NCBI GenBank assembly: GCA_041190885.1
Contig: JBEEPX010000099.1
Span: 684 to 64,683, forward strand
Origin: Actinomycetota bacterium
Lineage (GTDB): Bacteria; Actinomycetota; Actinomycetes; Actinomycetales; Microbacteriaceae
Reading direction: 5' to 3'
Length of the DNA stretch: 64,000 nucleotides
Every line of letters begins with the position of its first letter. Within the stretch, counting starts at the first letter, position 1. Position numbers and translations under genes: made by a program. Shown here piece by piece: positions 59,108 to 64,000 of this stretch. Below the pieces are notes generated by a model that was not told the origin of the DNA, did no database searches, and saw only the letters and a list, made by a program, of their open reading frames with translations.

Positions 59108-61963
59108 GTGACCGACACCACAGCTTTCACTGGTTCCACCGGAACCGGTAAGGGTCTCACCATCAACCGCATCTACACCACCGAGGGTGTGCACCCGTAC
59201 GACCAGGTCAACTGGGAGTATCGCGACGTTGTTCAGACCAACTGGCAGACTGGCGAGACCATCTTTGAGCAGCGCGGCGCAGAGTTCCCAGACTTCTGGA
59301 GCATCAACGCCAGCACCATCGTTACTACCAAGTACTTCCGCGGTGCAATGGGCACCCCAGAGCGCGAGTACAGCCTTCGCCAGCTAATCAACCGCGTCGT
59401 GCTCACCTACACCCAGGCCGGTCGTGACCACGGTTACTTCGCTTCAGAAGACGACGCAGTCATCTTCGAGCACGAGCTCACCTACATGTTGCTAAACCAG
59501 GTCTTCAGCTTCAACTCACCGGTTTGGTTCAACGTAGGCACTAAGAGCCCACAGCAGGTTTCAGCCTGTTTCATCCTTTCTGTCGATGACTCGATGGACT
59601 CAATCCTTAACTGGTACCGCGAAGAGGGCATGATCTTCAAGGGTGGTTCAGGCGCAGGTCTAAACCTTTCTCGCATTCGTTCATCCAAGGAGCTTCTAAA
59701 GGGCTCTGGCGGTTCGGCTTCGGGCCCAGTGTCATTCATGCGCGGTGCCGACGCATCTGCAGGAACCATCAAGTCTGGAGGCGCAACCCGCCGCGCGGCA
59801 AAGATGGTTGTGCTTGACATCGACCACCCAGACATCGAAGAGTTCATCGAGACCAAGGCCCGCGAAGAGGGCAAGATCCGTGTTCTTCGCGACGCTGGTT
59901 ACAACATGGAGCTTGGTGGCAAGGACATCAACTCTGTTCAGTACCAGAACGCAAACAACTCGGTTCGCGTAAACGAAGAGTTCATGCTTGCAGTCGAGAA
60001 CGGTACCGAGTTCGGTCTTCGTGCTCGCACCACCGGTGAGGTCATCGAAACCGTTGACGCTCGCGAACTATGGGCCAAGGTTGCCGACGCAGCTTGGGAA
60101 TGTGCCGACCCAGGCATCCAGTATGACGACATCATCAACGACTGGCACACGACTCCTGAGTCAGGTCGCATCACCGCTTCGAACCCATGTTCTGAGTACA
60201 TGCACCTAGATAACTCGAGCTGTAACCTAGCCAGCTTGAACCTTCTAAAGTTCTTGAACCCAGATGGTTCGTTCGACACCGACAAGTTCATCAAGGCCAA
60301 CGAGCTAATCTTCACCGCGATGGACATCTCGATCTGCTTCGCAGACTTCCCAACCGAGAAGATCGGCGAGACCACCACCGCGTTCCGCCAGCTGGGAATC
60401 GGTTACGCCAACCTTGGCGCATTGCTAATGGCAATCGGCGTTCCTTACGACAGCCAGGAAGGTTTCTCACTTGCTGCTGCCATCACCTCGTTGATGACCG
60501 GTACCGCCTACCGCCGTTCAGCAGAGCTAGCGGGCGTTGTTGGCCCATACGCTGGTTTTGCTAAGAACAAGGCTGGTCACGAGCGAATCATGGGCAAGCA
60601 CGAAGCGGCGAGCCACCAGATTCGTTCAGCAAGCGAAATTGACGTAGCCGTAATCGAAGCTGCTAACGAGCAGTGGGCGCTAAACACCATGATTGGTGAG
60701 GCTAACGGCTGGCGCAACGCGCAGGCATCACTGCTTGCACCGACCGGAACCATCGGCTTCATGATGGACTGTGACACCACTGGTATCGAGCCTGACTTCT
60801 CACTTGTGAAGTACAAGAAGCTCTCAACCGGTGGCTCGATGCAGATCGTCAACCAGACCATTCCGTTCGCTCTTCACCGCCTTGGTTACTCTCAGGAGAC
60901 CATCGAGGCGATTGTTGACCACATCAGTGCCAACGGTCACGTAGTAGACGCTCCTGGCCTAAAGCTTGAGCACTATGCGATCTTCGACACCGCTGTTGGT
61001 ATTCGTGCGATCGAGCCAATGGGTCACGTTCGCATGATGGCTGCGGTTCAGCCGTTCCTTTCTGGTGCGATCTCAAAGACCGTCAACATGCCAGAGACCG
61101 CGACTCGTGAAGAAATCGCAGACGTCTACTTCCAGGGTTGGAAGATGGGTCTAAAGGCTCTTGCGATCTACCGCGACAATTGCAAGGTTGGCCAGCCGCT
61201 TTCAGACGCAAAGGCAAAGACCGCCGACAAGGTCGAAGAGCTTCCAGCTTCGAACGCAACCGTTCCTGGTCTATCGCACCCGGTTCGCAAGCGTCTACCT
61301 AAGTCACGTCCTTCATCGACCACCTCGTTCACCGTTGGTGGCGCAGAGGGTTACATGACCGCTGGCTCATACCCAGATGGCGGCTTGGGTGAGGTCTTCT
61401 TGAAGCTCGGTAAGCAGGGTTCAACCCTTGCCGGTGTAATGGATGCCTTCTCAATCGCAGTTTCAATTGGTCTACAGTACGGCGTTCCATTGGAGACCTT
61501 CGTTCAGAAGTTCACCAACGTTTCGTTCGAACCAGCCGGTCTGACCGATGACGCAGATGTTCGCATGGCCAAGTCGCTAATGGACTACATCTTCCGTCGT
61601 TTGGCTCTTGACTACTTGCCATTCGAAACTCGCAGCTACCTTGGCATTCACACCGCAGCAGAGCGTTCGGCAGCACTTGACGCCAATGCGGCCTACACCG
61701 GCCCGGTTGCGATTGTGCCAGAGGCAGCAGTTGCGGTTGACCAGGCAATCGAAGCGGTTGCCGAGGCTGTCGCAGAGGTAGTCTCAGCGCCACAGCCAGT
61801 CGAAATCACTCGCAAAGAGGTTCACTCTTCAGCCGAGTTGTTCGAGATGCTGCAGGGCACCGAGTCAGACGCACCGCTTTGCTTCAGCTGTGGCATCAAG
61901 ATGCGCCCATCGGGCTCATGCCACGTCTGTGAAGGCTGTGGTTCAACCTCTGGTTGCAGCTAA
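59108..61963 (+). CDS. nrdJ: Class II (adenosylcobalamin-dependent) ribonucleotide reductase
   Basis: FNSPVWFN, SACFI, RRAAKM, NPCSE, APTGTI and GAISKTVN; C-terminal TSCPD-like domain and CxxC...CxxC zinc ribbon. Confidence 0.97.
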   Translation: MTDTTAFTGSTGTGKGLTINRIYTTEGVHPYDQVNWEYRDVVQTNWQTGETIFEQRGAEFPDFWSINASTIVTTKYFRGAMGTPEREYSLRQLINRVVLTYTQAGRDHGYFASEDDAVIFEHELTYMLLNQVFSFNSPVWFNVGTKSPQQVSACFILSVDDSMDSILNWYREEGMIFKGGSGAGLNLSRIRSSKELLKGSGGSASGPVSFMRGADASAGTIKSGGATRRAAKMVVLDIDHPDIEEFIETKAREEGKIRVLRDAGYNMELGGKDINSVQYQNANNSVRVNEEFMLAVENGTEFGLRARTTGEVIETVDARELWAKVADAAWECADPGIQYDDIINDWHTTPESGRITASNPCSEYMHLDNSSCNLASLNLLKFLNPDGSFDTDKFIKANELIFTAMDISICFADFPTEKIGETTTAFRQLGIGYANLGALLMAIGVPYDSQEGFSLAAAITSLMTGTAYRRSAELAGVVGPYAGFAKNKAGHERIMGKHEAASHQIRSASEIDVAVIEAANEQWALNTMIGEANGWRNAQASLLAPTGTIGFMMDCDTTGIEPDFSLVKYKKLSTGGSMQIVNQTIPFALHRLGYSQETIEAIVDHISANGHVVDAPGLKLEHYAIFDTAVGIRAIEPMGHVRMMAAVQPFLSGAISKTVNMPETATREEIADVYFQGWKMGLKALAIYRDNCKVGQPLSDAKAKTADKVEELPASNATVPGLSHPVRKRLPKSRPSSTTSFTVGGAEGYMTAGSYPDGGLGEVFLKLGKQGSTLAGVMDAFSIAVSIGLQYGVPLETFVQKFTNVSFEPAGLTDDADVRMAKSLMDYIFRRLALDYLPFETRSYLGIHTAAERSAALDANAAYTGPVAIVPEAAVAVDQAIEAVAEAVAEVVSAPQPVEITRKEVHSSAELFEMLQGTESDAPLCFSCGIKMRPSGSCHVCEGCGSTSGCS

Positions 61964-61977
61964 ACCCTGATCTAGGT

Positions 61978-62022
61978 AATCGGCCCCTCCCGCGAATTCA
62001 GCCGGGAGGGGCCGATTTCTTT
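61978..62022 (+). terminator. Intrinsic terminator after nrdJ
   Basis: AATCGGCCCCTCCCG ... CGGGAGGGGCCGATT followed by TCTTT. Confidence 0.9.
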
Positions 62023-62092
62023 AACCGCACTAAAGTCCTGGGGCTCTTGTGGGTGAGACAGACCGCCGGGATGCCTGCGGTAACCTTGAGGG

Positions 62093-63115
62093 GTGCTCTA
62101 TCGCCTAATTTTTAAATTATTCTTTGCCAAGCTCGACCCCGAGTTTGCCCACCACATCGGCATGTTTGGCATTCGATTCGCGGGAGCAATCGGCTTAACC
62201 AAACTCGGTCGTCTTCGGTCGACTGGCAGGGGAGCGGTGCAAGCCTTTGGCTTGCATTTCGATGCACCCTTTGGTGTGGCGGCTGGATTCGACAAAAATG
62301 CCGTTGCCATCAAAGCTCTGGGCGACCTTGGGTTCTCTCACGTTGAAATTGGAACCGTCACCGCAATCGCCCAGACCGGCAACGAGAAGCCTCGCCTGTT
62401 TCGCTTGATTCAAGACCGTGCCCTGATCAACCGCATGGGTTTCAATAACCAGGGGGCCGAAGTGGTCGCCAAGCGATTGGAAAAGCTCAGAAAAAACGCA
62501 GCCGGCAAACTGCCAATCATCGGCGTGAACATCGGCAAGAGCCGAGTCGTCGAAGTTGAAAATGCCGTCGAAGACTATCGTCAGAGCGCTAGGTTGCTTG
62601 CGCCGTTGGCCGACTACATCGCGGTAAACGTCTCGTCACCAAACACTCCTGGGCTTCGCTCACTTCAATCGGTCGAGGCTCTGCGCCCAATTCTCAAGGC
62701 GGTTCAAGACGAAGCCGGCGGCAAGCCGGTTCTAGTCAAGATCGCGCCAGATCTGGTCGATGAAGATGTTTTGGCGGTTGCCGATTTGGCTCTAGAGATG
62801 GGCCTAGCCGGGGTTATTGCAACCAACACCACCATCTCGCGTGCGGGCCTAACCACGGATGAGTCGCTGGTTGAGGCGATAGGTGCAGGAGGCCTCTCTG
62901 GTGCACCACTAAAGGCTCGTTCGATCGCGGTTTTGAAGCTTCTAGTCGGCAGACTTGCCGGCAAGGCTGCCGTAATTTCGGTCGGTGGCATCGAAACGGC
63001 TGCCGAGGCCCAGGAGCGCATTGATCTTGGTGCAACGCTGGTTCAGGGCTACAGCGGATTCATCTACGAGGGCCCGCTCTGGGCTCGTCGCATCAACCGC
63101 GAACTGTCCAAGTAG
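62093..63115 (+). CDS. pyrD: Quinone-dependent dihydroorotate dehydrogenase (class 2)
   Basis: AAGFDKN, GTVT, INRMGFNN, NVSSPNTPGLR, KIAPDL, TNTT and GGLSG. Confidence 0.98.
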   Translation: MLYRLIFKLFFAKLDPEFAHHIGMFGIRFAGAIGLTKLGRLRSTGRGAVQAFGLHFDAPFGVAAGFDKNAVAIKALGDLGFSHVEIGTVTAIAQTGNEKPRLFRLIQDRALINRMGFNNQGAEVVAKRLEKLRKNAAGKLPIIGVNIGKSRVVEVENAVEDYRQSARLLAPLADYIAVNVSSPNTPGLRSLQSVEALRPILKAVQDEAGGKPVLVKIAPDLVDEDVLAVADLALEMGLAGVIATNTTISRAGLTTDESLVEAIGAGGLSGAPLKARSIAVLKLLVGRLAGKAAVISVGGIETAAEAQERIDLGATLVQGYSGFIYEGPLWARRINRELSK

Positions 63116-63146
63116 ATTTCTGGTCCCGGGGCTAGTGCCGTCAACT

Positions 63147-63183
63147 AAAAAAAGGTGGCTCCCAGTAGGGAACCACCTTTTTT
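63147..63183. terminator. Bidirectional intrinsic terminator between pyrD and DUF3043
   Basis: A7-GGTGGCTCCC-AGTA-GGGAACCACC-T6. Confidence 0.9.
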
Positions 63184-63195
63184 GAAAACACTAAA

Positions 63196-63732
63196 TCAGA
63201 ATTTGTGACCGCGCTTGACCTGTGGCTTTGGAAGACGCATCGGGCGCATCTGAATCGAGCGCATCGCGGCATACCAGCGAACACCCTTTTCGATCTTGTC
63301 TTCGCCGTACTTCGCGGCGAGCTTCTTTTGTACGCCCTTGCCAATGAAGAATGCGTTCACGCCGATCGCGATGAACAGGGTCCACATGACCAGCAAAGTC
63401 ACTAACTGAACCTCGTAGCTGTCGATTGCCGAAATTAGAATCACGACGAACAGTGCTGGCAAGACCAGCTCTCCGACGGTGAACTGTGAATCCACAATGT
63501 CTCGAGCCATGCGACGCTGAGGGCCACGGTCGCGGATTGTCAAGAATCGATCGTCGCCCGCCATCATGCCCTCGCGCTGACGTTTACGTTCCTCGGTCAA
63601 CTTAGCTCGCTCGGCCTTCTTGGCTTCGGGGCTCTTGTTGCCCACCAAAGGCTTTACTCTGGCAGCCTCTTGCTGCTTGCGAGTTGGGGTAGGGCGACCT
63701 TTGCCGGTGCCAGGGTTGCTGTTTTCGCTCAT
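63196..63732 (-). CDS. DUF3043 family membrane protein
   Basis: GKGRPTPTRK, RDRGPQRR..RD.VDS, two TM helices, YAAMRS.Q.R.MRLPKPQV. Confidence 0.9.
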   Translation of the reverse strand: MSENSNPGTGKGRPTPTRKQQEAARVKPLVGNKSPEAKKAERAKLTEERKRQREGMMAGDDRFLTIRDRGPQRRMARDIVDSQFTVGELVLPALFVVILISAIDSYEVQLVTLLVMWTLFIAIGVNAFFIGKGVQKKLAAKYGEDKIEKGVRWYAAMRSIQMRPMRLPKPQVKRGHKF

Positions 63733-63774
63733 TTTGTTCCTCAGGGTGGGGTTTCAGACTTTAAGATTACCTTC

Positions 63775-64000
63775 ATGGACAAAGAAGCAGCGTCGCTAAA
63801 TTCCGCTCTAACCGAAATCGCCCGTGATTCAGTTTCTGGATTATTCGAGCAAAACATCGAAACTTTGAAAGAGCTGGTCAGGATTCCGGGCATTGCCTGG
63901 GAGGCCTTTGATGAAGCCGATCTTGCTGCCAGTGCCAAGGCAGTGCAGAAGCTCTTCGCAGAGACCGGTGTCTTTGATTTCGTCGACATCCGAACTGCGC
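63775..64000 (+). CDS. M20 family dipeptidase, N-terminal fragment (3'-truncated by the window)
   Basis: Not in the ORF track. Open frame MDKEAASLNS...LKELVRIPGIAWEAFD...SAKAVQKLF; divergent from DUF3043 as usual; TAAGAT -10 7 nt upstream. Confidence 0.75.
   Translation, partial: MDKEAASLNSALTEIARDSVSGLFEQNIETLKELVRIPGIAWEAFDEADLAASAKAVQKLFAETGVFDFVDIRTA

Noticed and set aside
62081-62095. Nucleotide-sensing start switch at pyrD
   Set aside because: The GTG sits at the standard position 7 after the -10, with no pyrimidine start window or sequestering hairpin seen.
63741-63989. 82-aa minus-strand ORF from the track
   Set aside because: Antisense shadow of the + strand M20 dipeptidase that starts at 63775.
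1-64000. tRNA, rRNA, IS, prophage, defence or toxin-antitoxin loci, inteins in dnaE or nrdJ
   Set aside because: Intergenic gaps are short and show no cloverleaf or terminal repeats. All long ORFs are housekeeping genes of normal length, and composition looks uniform.

Overview
This window is core chromosome from an actinobacterium. Gene content and order fit Micrococcales/Microbacteriaceae. The moderate GC (by eye in the mid-to-high 50s %) and very short intergenic spaces suggest a streamlined freshwater 'Luna'-type lineage such as Rhodoluna or Aquiluna (inference). There are about 60 housekeeping genes in known neighbourhoods: HAD-tlyA-nadK-recN-pyrG-NUDIX-xerD-parA-scpAB-rluB-aroH-tyrA-cmk-der; CDP-alcohol phosphatidyltransferase-garA-ftsR-merR; parA-like/pyc/minD-like/def; fadD, glk-plsC-DAHP synthase, pknL, Rv2175c-like, polyprenyl synthase and DUF3040; the dcw cluster (mraZ to divIVA) followed by lspA-rluD-dnaE; and hisD-nrdR-nrdJ-pyrD, DUF3043 and a truncated M20 peptidase. 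I found no rRNA, tRNA, CRISPR, prophage, IS or defence island. The interesting signal is non-coding. (1) The pyrG promoter looks like a CTP-sensing start-site switch coupled to leaderless translation and an AUG-sequestering hairpin. (2) The mraZ-rsmH spacer folds into a three-way-junction RNA. (3) A GACACGCC (WhiA-like) motif recurs at four promoters. (4) FtsR-like, MraZ, NrdR and DnaA boxes are visible. (5) Leaderless promoters are widespread. Several starts were moved from the ORF track to better-supported codons. All protein calls come from motif recognition and synteny, not database searches.
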